Shown here one piece after another: positions 1 through 15,460 of a stretch of 64,000 bases of DNA. Below the pieces are notes generated by a model that worked only from the letters and a program-made list of their open reading frames with translations, was not told the origin of the DNA and did not search any database. Source of the DNA: the human T2T-CHM13v2.0 reference genome, Homo sapiens; assembly GCF_009914755.1 (NCBI RefSeq), contig NC_060927.1; one strand, 5' to 3'. Position 1 is the first letter of the stretch. Every line of letters starts with the position of its first letter. A program made the translations under genes and the position numbers.

Positions 1-3000
1 TGGGTTAATGCAAAATGAGTGCCTCACAGGTTTTCCATTTTTAGAAGATTCGGCTTCTCCAACTAAATTGTTACTTTCCTCTGGTCATCTTCTTTCACTG
101 ATTCTTGTTCATCTCTTCACCCTTGCCTCTCAGTTAAACATTCACACCCCTCCCCCCACAAAAAACACCCTGATTTGTCACCTGGCTTCAAACGTATGTC
201 TCTGCTGTGCCAGTATCTTGATCTCAGATCACTTCTGGCAGAATAATTCCAGTAACCCCCTCCATTCTTGCCAAGCAGCACAATTATTCTCTTGTACTTT
301 TTGTTTGGTTTAGTGGCAGGTACTACTAGGTATAGCTTGGAACTGAAAGAACAATAGGGTTGGATGTTTGAGGCACAATTCTCAAAGGAATCCACATCAT
401 TGACTTCAGAATATGTTGTGCTGAAACTATCAATTACAGATTTATTATTAAGAATCCTGTACCAATTTGAGCACATAAGACTTTCCCCAGCATTTGTGCA
501 GGAGAACCACATTTCTGAGGAGTATTAAATGGTCATAAGGATTGTATTCTGAGAATATTAATGATATGAAAGATTAGAAAATTAAAGAAATATAAAATTT
601 TGATAATTCAACAACAGAAATGAAAGGTATGTTGATGATTACTGAAGAAGTCACAAAATTGAAAAAAAAATCTTAGTCTCCGACCTTCAGGAGCTGAGAA
701 CTTGGTGGGAGAGATGCACAAACACATAAATATAAGTAAAACTATAAAGTGTTATGAGAGAAAAATCAACAAAAGCATCTTCCATAGGAATATACAGCAA
801 GGAGAGAGTAATTTTAACCAAAAGAGTCTGAAAAAGTTACGGGAATATAAAGGGGTGTACATGGTCATGTTGTAGGCAGAGGAAACAATTTGAGTAAATA
901 AGCTAATGATTTGCAAACCGAATGTATTCGTTTAGGTATCCAAACTTAATCACTGATCTAATGCTGCCATGAGAGAAATGTAAGGCATTTCTCTGCCCAT
1001 AAAGAATTCCCATCCTGGTATGGAGAAGAGACACAGAGAATTACAGTTTGATAAGTGATGTAACAGGAAGAGGTAGACTCAGAGAAGTTATCTCAGGCAG
1101 TTCTTTCTCAGAATCTCCTGGTAATTCAATTTTAAGAAATGGCAATGCCTGTAAATCACTATTTATCTGGGCATCTGATGTTTAATAGCAATTCCCAGGT
1201 GACTCTGGTGATCAAACAGGCTTTAGAATCAACTAACTATCGGATGATGAAACCTGAGTCTAGACAGAGGCAGAGAAGCTAGTTAAGTGCTGAAGGAGTG
1301 AGGAAAGGAGAAGGACAGAAATCTTCCAGGCAACGGGAAGAGCCTTTTCTGGATGCCAGAGAAAATGTTACTGGGTTCAAAGGAACTGTATGCATTTCAG
1401 AACAGCAAGAAAACAGGGTACATATTAGGGATGCATAAGAAGTGAATCTAGAGAGGAAAAGAAGAACCAGCTTGGGAAAGATCTGCATATTGTGCTGCAT
1501 ACTTTGCAGTTTTTTCTGCTATTGATGAGAATCTTTAAAAAGATAGGAATGTGGTAAAGGAAGCACCAAGCAAATGCTGCTGCTAATGCATTTGATATCC
1601 AAATAACTTTTTTTTTCACTTCTGTTTAAGTTATTGGGTTGAAACATTTTACTAAAAATGGAGGTCACATGGTCATCATCCTTCTATCATAAGAGTTTGT
1701 ACTCTTGGGTTCCATTTGGGTCTCCGTTAGTTTCATCTCTGCAAATAAGTTTAGTTGAGCTTTGTCCCTGGTAAAACAAAACAAAACAAAGCAAAACAAC
1801 TCTGTATTTTGAGATTCTCTGTTTAAAGTCTCCTTAGATGTGAAAATAAGTAACAGTTACTGGTTTGTATTCAATGTATGTTATTAATCACTATGAAAAG
1901 CTCTAAAATCTCTGTTTTCTGATTAGTGATCTTTGGTTGCCAAAAAATTCCAGTGAATTATAGTTCTTTAAGCCCTTGCTAAGAGCAAGATGTGTGTGTA
2001 AATTCTGCGAGTGATAAGAGGGTGAGCGGGCACCCTCTCTGCCCTTACGAATCTTACAGGTAGAGCTAAAAGTGTAAAGAAGGTTTGAGTCTTAGGTTTC
2101 TCGTTAACAGCTGTCATCCTGGGAAAATAGTTGCCTGCAACCTTATTTATTCATCTGTAAAAGGAATTCCTGAACAAGAGTATCTCCAAACTCCTTTCTA
2201 GTTTTAACTAGGAGTTTCCAGAAATCTAGTAGAGAAAGATATGGGGATAACAAAGTAGAAGTCTATATTGCATAGTGTTATTTGGGACCATGTTCTCTGG
2301 AGTCAGTCAAACCTGGGTTTAAATCCTGGCTCCATTATTTACTTATTGGAAAAACTGGGATAAGTTACCACCCCAATCATCTGTTTCCTTGTCCATTAAA
2401 CACATGCTTATAATAGTGACTACCTCTTATATAATTATTATTACAACAAGCAAAGAGCTAATAATAATTCAAAGAAAAGGTCACGTATGAATGAGGGCTC
2501 ACAATGCACTTACAAGAAGACAGCAATTGAGAAGATCCTTGAAGATGAAGGAGGGTCTCAGTAGGTAGAATCAGCAGACGAGAGATAAGAGACAAAAATG
2601 AGAGAAGTTCTTTCTAAAGGAGGGTAAAACTCACAAGGTTTTCACACATGTAGAGAACAGGATATACAGTACAATAGAACCTTCTACCTTTCATGAGTGA
2701 TGCTTCCCTGAGGGCTGATCACTCATGATCACTCATGATTGAAACTACTTCACTGATAAATTCAAGGGAATGAAGTGACTTGCTTCATCGTTTCAGCAGA
2801 GAGCTTTCATGAAACCAGGATGGCAGTCCAAATATCATGGGTGCCAGGCCCTGATTCCATCCTATTCAATGGTAGATGAGTTCTTACGTATGAGTCCTGC
2901 TGTCGGATCTTGATGAGTAAGGGTTTGGACAAGTAACAGGTGAAATGGAAACTTGTTCCTGAATAAGTGCCAGTTTTGAGTAGGCCTCACTCTCCTTGGG

Positions 3001-4258
3001 AGGACTTCCATCTCCCTGACTCATCTACATTGGCTTTCGTAATTTCCACTGGACGTTTGCCTGTGTTCTACTTTGCTTGTCTTGGATCCAAACTCCAATT
3101 CTGCCACTTTCTAGCTGTGTCAGGTTGAATAAGTCACTTAATATATAGTCCTCATTTTCGTCATCTATAAAATGGTGATATGATGCCTTTCTAATTATGT
3201 CTTGTAGTACAAAATAAAAATAAATACAAATGTTTATATACTCCAATTGAATATGATTAAAATGAGGAATAATGATAGTTATTTCCATTAATTCTTCAAA
3301 AACTGGGCTATAGACCTTTGAAAATTTGAGGCGTAAGCAAAGAAACGTACTTGATTTGTTGTTGTTGAGCCTCAGTTACATAGATTGGCTTTCTATAATG
3401 GTCAGATCAACTGAACAATTGTCAAAGTTTCACCTCCTTCATTTCAATACAATATAAGCTAAAAAATTCTGAAGTGTACCTTGGACTGAAACCAAGTTTC
3501 TATAATTCCAGTCCATTTTTCTATTAAAATGATTAGCCTCTTGAATGTAAAATGTATTCCAAAATAAACTACACTATTACAGGGTCACCTTAGAAGGATC
3601 TCTTTAGAATGCTCACAGTAAAATATCTCATCTGATAGAAAGATAGCAAAAATCTATCGAGAGCCTAAATACTATTGGATACCCTCCCCCAACTAGAATA
3701 TCTTGTTCACTGATGAATTTCTGGTGCCTAGCACAATGTATGGCACATAGAATTCATTTGTTCATTTATTAATTCACTCAACATATATGTATTAAAACCC
3801 AGAATTTAATAAAGCTAGTCACACAATCTTTATTCTCATTGGGCTTCAACAAACAAACAAACAAACAACATCATCATGTGGTCATCTACAATGATACATT
3901 CACTGTACTTGGTATTGCTGTGCATGTACAAGCACAGGCAAAAGAAAGCATCCCTGCTCCTAAGTTGTTTATAAGATGCTTCTCACGAACACATTTCTTA
4001 ATACAGTGATGCACATTCACAAGTCTTTGTCTTTGTTCAAGATGTTTCCCTTTAGGAACACTCCCTTCTTTTCTAAGAAATTCTTATTATTTAAGAACTA
4101 CATCAACCATTATCTTTTCCATGAAGCTTTTTGTAATGAGTTTCCAGAGGCATTAATCATTTCCTCATTTATGGTCCTATAACATTTTGTGGAAACATGT
4201 ATTTCAACATTGTAGACCTAGATTGATCTATCTATGTCTATCAACTCTGTCTATCTAT

Positions 4259-4260
<2 letters not shown>

Positions 4261-4312
<52 letters not shown>
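4261..4312 (+). repeat. (ATCT)13 microsatellite
   Basis: Perfect tetranucleotide run, with degenerate units upstream from ~4225. Confidence 0.95.
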
Positions 4313-4313
<1 letters not shown>

Positions 4314-4414
4314 AACTTCTATTTGCCTGCAAGCTTCTTGAATGGCATTCTATTAATCTATAGTTACTAAGTGGCTGACCTAAGCCTGACATATTCTCTA
4401 CTTGGTGAATCCCA

Positions 4415-4645
4415 TTCCTTCCTTCCTTCCTTCCTTCCTTCCTTCCTTCCTTCCTTCCTTCCTTCCTCTCTTCCTTCCTTTTCTTCCTTCCCTCCCTTCC
4501 TTCCTTCCTCCCTTCCTTCCTTTTCTTCCTTCCCTCCCTTCCTTCCTTCCTCCCTTCCTTCCTTTTCTTCCTTGCTTCCTTTTCTTCCTTCCCTCCCTCC
4601 CTTCCTTCCTTCCTTCCTTCCTTCCTTTCTTCCTTCCTTCCTTCT
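4415..4645 (+). repeat. (CCTT)n polypyrimidine tract
   Basis: ~230 nt of C/T containing a single G. Confidence 0.95.
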
Positions 4646-4926
4646 GTTTTTTGGTTATAGACTAATAAACATCATCTAGAGGTATCAAATATATAGAAAG
4701 CTTAATTGTGACATACTAAACTATCCAGTTACTGATTCTAAGTCCAACAAAAAGAGAGGAGAGTAACTGAAGATATCAATTTGGGCTTCACAAAGTTAAT
4801 ATTTATTCCTGAGGGATGGTTAAGATTATGATAAATTGTAGGGAAAATAAAAAAGCATTTTAGGCAGAAGAAATTGCATAAATATGTTGAGAGACTGAAG
4901 TATTCATGGGTTAAGAAGAAAGCATA

Positions 4927-5176
<250 letters not shown>

Positions 5177-6929
5177 TTAGTAAAATTTTTAGTTGTGTAT
5201 CAAGAAATCTGGACAATCGAAGCCTGAAGTTGCTTCCCCTTATTGAGAAGAAGGAAATGGAAATGGTTCTATAAAATTAACTGATGCAAGGCAGGGTTCC
5301 CGGTACCAGAGCTAAATAGGACAGCATGGAGGTTATTCAGATGAACAATGAGTGTGAGTACAAGTTGCACCCTAAGGAATACTAAGTATAAAAGATGGGG
5401 AACCCAAAGTTAATTCTCAAGTCCAAAGGTCAGGACTGGAATACAAATGACAAATAAACTACAAAGGCTGCAAATTCAGGAAGCCATTAGAAGATAGGGA
5501 GGTGACGCCGGTGCAGTGCAAACAGCGAGAAAAAGAGTAAAGGGAGAGAACTCTTGGTAATTTCCTAAAATACAATTGATTAGAACTTGTTTTTATTAGT
5601 TTCCCCATACCTGGTTGGTGGGAGTTCACTCTGGTTTAAAAGTGTAAGTAGATGGAAGTTTAAGTTTACAGGTAGCAGTAAAAAAAGATGCTACCTAATC
5701 TGTTGCTTGATCACTGTTACTCTCTTGTCTAAAACCTTCAGTTACTCTCAAAGATAAGTTCAAATTTATCCATGCTCCTTCATCTGGAACTGAAGATCTT
5801 CCACAAGGTTACCATCACCTGCCACTCCAGCTTCATTTTCTTATGCTGACCTAAACATATGATAAACTCTGGACATACCAAAGTACTCACTCACTGCTTC
5901 TTAATTTAATACTTACTCCTACTGCCTCTAGGCCCTTGATAATATTATTTCTATCCCTGATGTGATTTAGCACCAGTGTATTGGAATAAAATAGAAAGTT
6001 AGTCATCTAACTTTCTATTTTATTGTGTTAGGTAGGGACTGCTTTTGTATATTTGTCACTCCAGAATGTTTAAGTGAGAACAGATGTGCTGAGTTAAGAA
6101 CACACCAGTTAAGCTAACTGGACTGGGAAGGTTGGCATGAGTGCAGTGATAAGGACTCAACCTAACAGTTTATAGAGAGTATCCTACATTTCCTGGCAAT
6201 TTCAGTGTTTCCTTGCCCAACATGGATTAAGTACACACTGAAATCTTACCATTTGCATAGTCTTTTTGATTTACAAAGAAGAGCTGACATTGACTTCATG
6301 AGAGAATACTTAAATATTTGGAGAGAAAACAAGAAGGAAATACAAAATAATGAAAGGATATTAATAATGACCAATTGAATGTGTTTGAGTCAAAAGAAAA
6401 AAAAAAGCCTCAACTTGTGAGATTAAGCCCAATTCAGACAGATTCATTTTATGTCCTATTTCATAATGAACATAGGATATATGTGGAAGGGTGTAGGGCA
6501 TTCAAGAGAAAGGTTTTATGCCAGAATGACTTCATGAGTTGCCTACTAACTCAAAGGGAGTAGAATGTTAACCTTTCACATTAGTTTTATTCCAACCTGG
6601 TTCACTCAAAACACCCCCCATTGCTTAATCATGCTGTACCATGATGAACATCTTGTTTTTCCAGGTGAAGTAAGTTACAGAATGAGTAACAACATATGCC
6701 TTGCTACTGAATTTGAGGCTGATTTTTGATGAATGATTCACTGAGTAATTGCTGAGGTTTGGCTTAAGTAAAACTTGAATTCTATGAAAGAAAACAGATG
6801 CATAAACAGCATACTATTTTCAGGGCCTCATGCTTGCCCAAGCATTCTCCACATTGGAGATGTCAATTATTCCCATCATGAACTGATTCATGAATTTTGT
6901 AGGTAACATTTGTACCAATGGTGATCCTA

Positions 6930-7440
6930 CCACTATTTGAACCCCCACCAAACCAGACCATTTCCCTTTCAGTCAGTTCTAACTGTTGGAAAGTCCCTTC
7001 TTAATTGAGCATAATTCTGCTTCTCTGTGCTTTTACAATATTTTCTAGTTATATTCTCTGAAGCCTGCCAGAAAGATCATAATTCCTTTGGGCCATCCAC
7101 CCATTATTTAAAACCCACTGTCACGTTTGCTCTGTTCCCTTTTTGAAAACAATTAAAATACTCTTTTTGTCCCAATTTCCTTCAGTCATGCTTCATGTGA
7201 GATAGTTGCCAGATAGTTGCCGATCTCCTCATTAATCTCACTAACTGGAACCTTCTCTAGTTGGGCTTTATCTTAAATAGTGGTACCCAAGAGTAAACAC
7301 AACAAATCCAGGTGTGGGCTGCCCGTAATGAACACTAGACTTCCAGTGCAACATCACATAAGCTAATGTAATAGGATTTTAAATTAGAATCATTTCTGAC
7401 TCAGTTTTTACTGAATCCACTAGCCAATAAAGACCAAGTT
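6930..7440 (-). mobile_element. Ancient L3/CR1 LINE remnant
   Basis: Degenerate CR1-like motifs (ttctaactgttggaaagtcccttc; ggtaccca...aacacaacaaatccaggtgtgg). Confidence 0.4.
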
Positions 7441-8269
7441 CCAAAATGAAACAAGAGACCTATGCCGGAGTTGCAAAAATGGTGTCTGAGAACCAGTTTT
7501 GCAGCCCCTAGTGGACCAGCTATCTCTCTCCCTTTCAAAACAAACAAACAAACAAATAAACTTAACCCCAAGAAAGGAGTTAGAGTTTAGGAGATAATTT
7601 TTGGAGGGAGCTATTGATATGTACTGAGTACCACTTTTATGTCACCACGGAGGGGGCAGACACTGGGAGTTCTTGAATCTCACTTTAAGCCTAAAGAACA
7701 AGGCTTCAGTTCATCTGCTCTGAACACTTGGTGTTTGCTCCCTGGATCTAGAGAAACACGGTAAACCTGTGCACTTCTCCAGCTAAGAAATCTAAGGAAC
7801 AAAAGTTCTAGCAGACACATTGCCTACATGATGGAAGATGACTGCATGATGGAGGAGTGGCTATAAAGAGATTTGGCCTATGTACAGGGGTACAGATACT
7901 CATATCACTGGAAGGAAGCGGTATCTTTGTGCTTTGAAATGACTAAAATACATTATATTACCTGAAACATTACCTGAAAATGACATAAATGTCATAGAAC
8001 TTGCCCTATATTTTATTCAAGGGTCAGGGGAAGAATAGGCCCAAACCAAATGGATTTGAAAGCACCATAGGAGACAAAAATGAAATTGTTTTATGACTAC
8101 ACTTTTTCTTTCCTTTGTTTTCAACTTAGTAAGTTGTTTTATATATAGATATAGATATACATACACACACATACATGTGTGTACACACAAACATACATAC
8201 ATATGTATATGCATGGCACATAAATAAAACAGCAAACTTATAAAAATCATACTAACTACAATTTATTGC

Positions 8270-8480
8270 TTATTTATTGAGTTCTATGCACTTCATTAAG
8301 ACCTTTACAAACGTTATTCATTTTTCACAGCCATTTTATGGGACAAAATTCATAATTCTCATTTTATTGACAAGAAGGCAGCCTCAGAAATGTTAACTAG
8401 CTTGCTCAAGATCTGTCATATATAAATGGGCTTAGCCTAAACTCGAGTCAGCCTGACTATGAGGTCCAAGCTTTTAACCA
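8270..8480 (-). mobile_element. MIR
   Basis: MIR core-like sequence (ctcattttattgacaagaagg...cagaaatgttaactagcttgctcaagatc). Confidence 0.6.
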
Positions 8481-8868
8481 CCGCTTTTTTTATATTAGTT
8501 ATAGCTAGCATGGCCTTTCAGAACAGCAACTGATTTTATTGTTTAGATTTTTCCAATATGCACTGGAAATTTCAAAGGGAGTTAGAAGACTATTTATAGG
8601 ATATGGTATAAGTCAGTTTACTCCTTCTAATAACTCTTATTATCCTAATAAATATAGAGGGAACATTTTGTGACATTAATGGAAACAACAGAACTAACAC
8701 AAAAATATGCTGTTCTTGACACAAGAGCTTGCTGTTCTGTTTAACTGAAAATGCAAGGCTGCTTCCACCTGCAGACCAAAAGGACAACTGCAATACTTCC
8801 AGTTCTACAATTACTTCCTTTAATAGACCAACAGCCACGGTGCTAGATTAAGGGTGTCACTCAACTGA

Positions 8869-8882
8869 TCGCCAGGTGGCTC
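8869..8882 (+). promoter_or_regulatory. CTCF-like motif TCGCCAGGTGGCTC
   Basis: Core CAGGTGGC intact, with mismatches at the flanks. Confidence 0.3.
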
Positions 8883-10214
8883 TAAAGCCTCATCCAGGAG
8901 TAGTGCAAGCACTGGGTGAGTAGGAACATGGTGCATAATGAATTGACCAAACTGTTGGTCTTAGAGATCTTGCAAAATCAATAGCCCTGGAGCTGCAAAG
9001 ATGATTAGGACACTTTTGCCAGCCTAGTATCCATCCTGGAGGACCCTGAATGTTTCAGAAGGGGAAAGTCCAATATTACTCCCTCTTCTGTAAAATGTGG
9101 GGGCTCTGAGAATTAAATTATTACACATTTGCTGAGAGCCTACCATATGCCAGGTAGAATTTTAAGCATGTGGGATGCACTGGTGAACGAAAGATGTCTG
9201 TCTTCACAGAGCTTAGATGAGATAATATATCTGAAAATATTTTGTAAACCTTATTGAGCAACACACAGTAATAACTTTTCTTCATGTTTATAATAAATTG
9301 GAAAACACATCATATTTCTAACTAATATGCCTATATACTCTTATTGGGAGTGGTATTATAGCTTAAGACTGTTGTCAGAATTACCTGAATGGAGTTCTTT
9401 ACTTCCTGCTTCTGGTCCACTCACTGAAGAGTAAACCTCTCAAGGACTAGGATGAGTTCTTCCAACCGTTTATTTTCTCTGTGTCCCAAGAGAAAGTACT
9501 AGAGTCAGAGTACACTGTTCATAAATGTGTGCTGGATGGAATGGAATTAAACTATAAAAGAGTTGATAAACCAAAATGTTGAAGCCTAGGGAGGGTCAGA
9601 ATGCAAAAGAGATGTGTCTATATAGATTGGTGAGCAGTTTATTCTGCATCTGTGCCCTCCATCCTCACAACACCCTACACATTTCTTAGAAGTGCACTCA
9701 CATCCCATCCATGAAGTGTTTACTGCTCTATCAGTTTGCATGACTCTCCTTTTTGTATCTCCTATTACATTATGGCCTCACTCACAGAAATTCACATGCA
9801 AGCCTGAATGTTTTATGTTATTCTCTAAGAGTAGTAAACTTAAATTCAGGAACAATTCTATAGCCACCTGAATAATTCCCCACTCCCTATCACATACAAT
9901 GTTCAGTGACCATTAGGAGCGAATGAATGCTATAGTCTAGATTTTTTTTTTTTGTGAAAGAATCTATGATTTCCAGAGATATGTATGCACATGTGTGTGT
10001 TTGCATATGAGAATGCATATGCTTAGCATTTTTTGGTCTTTATTTCTTTCCATTAAGTTCTGATATTTGGATTTGGGACCTATTGGTGCTAGTTAGGGAA
10101 GAGTTTGTAGCAAAGATGGAATTCTGATACCCTCTTTTCTAAAACTTTGTCTGTGATTTGTAGTATATAACTCTTAAAAAATTGTTTTTCTTTTGTTGTT
10201 CTAAACTCATCTCT

Positions 10215-10394
10215 CAAAGTATGGCCATCTGTTTCAAAATCAGAATTTTATACAAAACACATGTAAAATATGAATTCCTGGCTTCCACTCCCAATTTCCT
10301 GAATCCAAATGTCTGGGAGTGGAATTCCTGGGTTTGCATTTATAACAAGTGGCCTTACAGAGTCCAGTGTACACTCAGGTTGAAGAACTACTGC
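10215..10394. mobile_element. MER5A-like hAT-Charlie MITE
   Basis: atcagaa...tgaatccaaatgtctgggag...tgcatttataacaagt...gttgaagaactactg. Confidence 0.6.
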
Positions 10395-10735
10395 CTTGGA
10401 GTGCACTGTTAGCAGGTAAAGTACACTGTGAAAAGTCCCTGTGTGAAATGTCAGCAACAAGTCCAGGACTTTTCCTGCAAAGGGCATGTGCTTTTGGAAT
10501 TGGTTTGCTCTCCCAGATCAGCAGAGTAAATCTTAATAGCATTTCAGATTTTAGGGCACAGGGAAAGATTCTCTGTGACTCACCAAAGCAGCATGTTTGT
10601 ATTCCGTGGGCAATGACATTCTTTGAATGAGCACTTAAAAAACAGGTATTTTTTTTCCAACTGTTAAACAAAATAAGTAAAATAAAAGCATCTGTAATGT
10701 ACCTCACAGATAGTTATAACGATCGCTAATGTGTA

Positions 10736-11097
10736 CAGTAATCACCCCTTCTCCTTGAGGAATATGTTCAAAGACCCTCAGTGGATGTCAGAAACGAAGG
10801 ACAGTACTGGATCCTACACACACTATACGCAACAGTAGGTCAGATCACCGAGGCAGCTATTAAGTGACTAAGGGGTGGGTAGTGCATACAATGTGGAAAT
10901 GCTGGCCAAAGGGATGATTCATATCCCATGTGAAGTGGGATGGCTTGAGATTTCATCACGCTATTCAGAACAGTGTTCAATTTACCACTGATGAATTGTT
11001 TATCTATGAAATTTCCCATGTAATTTTTGCAGACCGTGATTAACCACTGGTAACTGAAGCCTCAAAAGGGAAATTCTGGATAGCAGGGGTGGTACTG
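10736..11097. mobile_element. TcMar-Tigger fossil (Tigger4/Zombi-type)
   Basis: Terminal inverted repeats cagtaatcacccct...aggggtggtactg with TA target duplication on both sides. Confidence 0.75.
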
Positions 11098-12299
11098 TAG
11101 ACCCTATGTATAGAAATAATTAAGCTTATATTCCACCTATGGTTTTCCATGCAGCTTTTACATTTAAATTTACGTTTTATATACTTGAATAAAATGAATT
11201 AAAATTAGAAAAAACAAAGTTTAGCCACAAAAAGTTTATTATTGTAATATATTTTGAAAAATGGTTTATCAATACTGATTTTAGCCTTCTATACTGTATA
11301 TTATGATCAAATAATTTTCAAATGGAAAAAAGTAATCCTTTTATAAGCTGTTGGTAAAATAAGAATCTTAGTAGCTGATTCATGCCAGAGTAATTACCTC
11401 TTTCTGGCCTTTTCTCTGCTCCTTTCTTTCTCTCCCTCCCAATTTCTTTCTCTCACTCTGTCTCCCCTTTGACATTCTCTCCTACATTAAGAATCACCAC
11501 TTTGTTTTTACTGTTCTCATTCAAAATTTTTATTTTAGTATATAGAAGTCTACCTGATGAAGAGAAAATGTTGATATATGTGCTTTTTAAAGCATATTAA
11601 AGAGTATTGGTTATGGAATTTGTAGACCCATTAAGGATACCTATTCAGATACAGATAAAATTCCAGTTGCCCCAGTTACATATTAAAAACTTTTTTTTAC
11701 AAAAAAGAAACACACTTTCTTCCTAATATAACAGTTTTTTTTTTTCTTCATTAGACGCGTTTTCAAACATTGGTCCATGAGGGAAAAGTAATAATATAGG
11801 AAATTCTTAGTCATGTTAATATTTTCCATTTAGCTATTACTGACAGATGCTATTCTAAGCGACTTACAGGCACAATATCTTTTATTCCTCATATGAAGAA
11901 CAAGCATTATATAAAGAAAATATTAATACATGCATTTTCAGAAACTACAGCCCAAGGGCTCTCAGACCATAAATTCAGAGCAAGGATTTCCACCCAGAGC
12001 TGTCTGCATTAAAATGCACACTTGTTCCCACTCTACGATGCTGAAAGGTTAGGAGCCTTGGCTGTCCCTACTGCCCAGGTGCTACAAGTCCTTCATGGGG
12101 CTGTTCTACGCAACACTTTGGAATGCAGACTCCCTTGAGCGAGCACTTGTTTAGCATAGTTTCACCAGTGGCCTGTCTGTCTAAAGTAGTCGGCGAATAT
12201 TAAAATAGTCCTAACAATAAAATAACACTCAGTCAACCGTGTAGCCTTCTTCCGAGTGGGGAGGAGAATAGCTCACTCTCCCTAGAGGGCCTAAGAAAG

Positions 12300-12826
<527 letters not shown>

Positions 12827-14579
12827 TAGCAGCTTCTTTTCATGATCCAGGCCAGCCCAAATTTTCGCTAAGTCCCAACTGCCATGTACAACATTCAGTA
12901 TCTTTACTAAGGCTAATGATACCAAAAATAGGCAACATGGACTATTTATTGAGTCTTTACATTATTAGCTCATTTAATCCTCATAGTTAATTTATGAGGT
13001 AGGTCTTGTTATCCCATTAAACAGATGAAGTTACTAAATAGTTCCTCCTTTTTTCACAAGGATAAATTTCCACAAGGGTAATTAAGTGATCTCTGCTACT
13101 GAGACCTCCAGAAATTCACGTCTTCCATTGCTGCATATATCATATTGAGTAACATTTCAGTACCACCCTTTTTTCTAAGATAAATTTTTTACTCTTGATG
13201 ACAGCATTAAGAATAGTGTGATAGACTTTTTTTAAGGAGTGCTAATAATCTAAAACGTTGAGAAAGAAAATGCAAGGCATGCAAAACCTACCCAATTAAC
13301 ATGCAAGAGGAAAAAACATTATCTTAATGATTTCCAAGTAAAAGAAAAAATGTTGAGGGAGAAAATGTCTTTCCAGTGCATCCCAATGTACGGGGGACAG
13401 GCATGGATTTAAATCCTCCCTTAAAATGAGTTGCTCTAGGGAACTGACTACTATTCAAAAGATGAGTGAGTGGGTTCACATTTGAGGATTTTATTTTTCT
13501 CGCTGGAGAAGCTCAGAAAGAAGTAATTTTGAAGTTCAAAACCATTACCTGTGGCCATAGGAATCTGAGAGAGGCAGAACTGAGTAAAAAATCAAATCTT
13601 CAGAATTAGCTGCTGTTCATTAATGAGGCTTAGGAAAACACAGGTAAGAAAAAGAAACAATATTTCAAGAGCTCAAAAAAAGGAGTATATAGCAAAACAA
13701 TTTGCTTTTTAATGTGCATCCTGAAGGGAACAATTTACCCTAGCAAATGCTATAATGTCACCTCTATAAAGTTTAAGAAAGATACTCGACTGAGTTTATA
13801 TATTTTTCTTCTAATTTTCTTTATTAAACTCTCAAATTGGAGTTCCAAATGGAAAGTAATAATGATTCTATTTTGCTGTGCATTATTTTTGCTGCTCGCT
13901 TTTTCTTGCTTTTAATTTGCCTCTGACTTGAACATGGCATTTCAAAACCAATGGAGTTAGGAATACCTCTTTAATGCTAGAAAATTACATTTCCAAAAAT
14001 TGTGATAGAATTGAACTACTGTAAAGGATGTCTGCTATAAGTGAGCCCAGTGATGCATTTTATCTGGCCATGAATATATGCAAAGAATGAAATAAATGCC
14101 CTTTGAACAGTGCTCAGGGAAAAGTGCAGATAAAACGTTCTGCTGTCATTAGTTTGCCATTATCTAGATGGCCAGTGGTAGGTGATGAATACAGAAATAT
14201 GTTTAACTTGAGCATAATTATAATTATGTTTTTTAAAATACAAAAAAATGTAAAATCCCATCTAGGGGCATTGTTAAAATATTTTCTAAAACAATTTAAA
14301 AGTCTTTCTGCTTAAGCTGACATAATTGCTAACTTCATTTGATAAGAAATAGTTTTAGAAAGGGTCAAACCTTGCTGAGAGAGAGATTGAGAGTCCTGGA
14401 ATTTAAAGTGTCTTCTTTCATTTTAGTATAACCAACCAATTTGCCATCTGTCCCATGAAAGAATACTTCTAGTTAAAACGAATGGAATGAGCAGTCCAGG
14501 TTACACACCTCAAGTAAACCCTTGCTAACCTTGAAAAATAGTTAATATTTCTTAGCTTCCTTCTTATTTCCCATACTTA

Positions 14580-14981
<402 letters not shown>

Positions 14982-15158
14982 TCAATATTTTTAAAGAGAC
15001 AATAATCTCTTATAATAATTGCTACTTCAACAGGCCAGGATAGAAACTTATATTTTCCACAAATTTGAAGGTTCTGATACTAGCTCAATTGCTCTTCTCT
15101 TTTCTTGCCGCCATCCTCATTTATATATCACCTTTGGTCCATATAACAACTCACTTTA

Positions 15159-15460
15159 TGTTTTTATTTTTATTTTTTTATAGATTTGGTCTCACGCTGT
15201 CACCCAGGATAGAGTGTACTGGTGTGATCATATCTCACTGCAGATTCAAACTTCTAGGCTCAAGTCATCCTCCCACCTCAGCCTCCCTAGTAGCTAGGCC
15301 TACAGGTGCATGTCCCCACAACTGGCTAATTTTAAAAATTTTTTGTAAGAACAAGGACTTTCTCTGTTCTCTAGGCTGGTCTCCAACTCCAGGCCTCAAG
15401 TGATCCTCTTGCCTCGGCCTCCTAAAGTACTGGGATTATAGGAGTGAACCACCACAGCAG
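15159..15460 (-). mobile_element. AluJ
   Basis: Diverged antisense dimer with TSD ctcacttta at 15150-15158 and 15461-15469. Confidence 0.9.

Noticed and set aside
8-512. Overlapping 101-aa (+) and 131-aa (-) ORFs at the window start
   Set aside because: No recognisable domain, splice structure or family similarity; compatible with chance ORFs.
4371-4679. ORFs rich in PSFL/LPSF
   Set aside because: Translation of the (CCTT)n microsatellite.
10182-10707. Cluster of four overlapping ORFs
   Set aside because: Partly MER5A-derived, with no coherent protein or splice signals.
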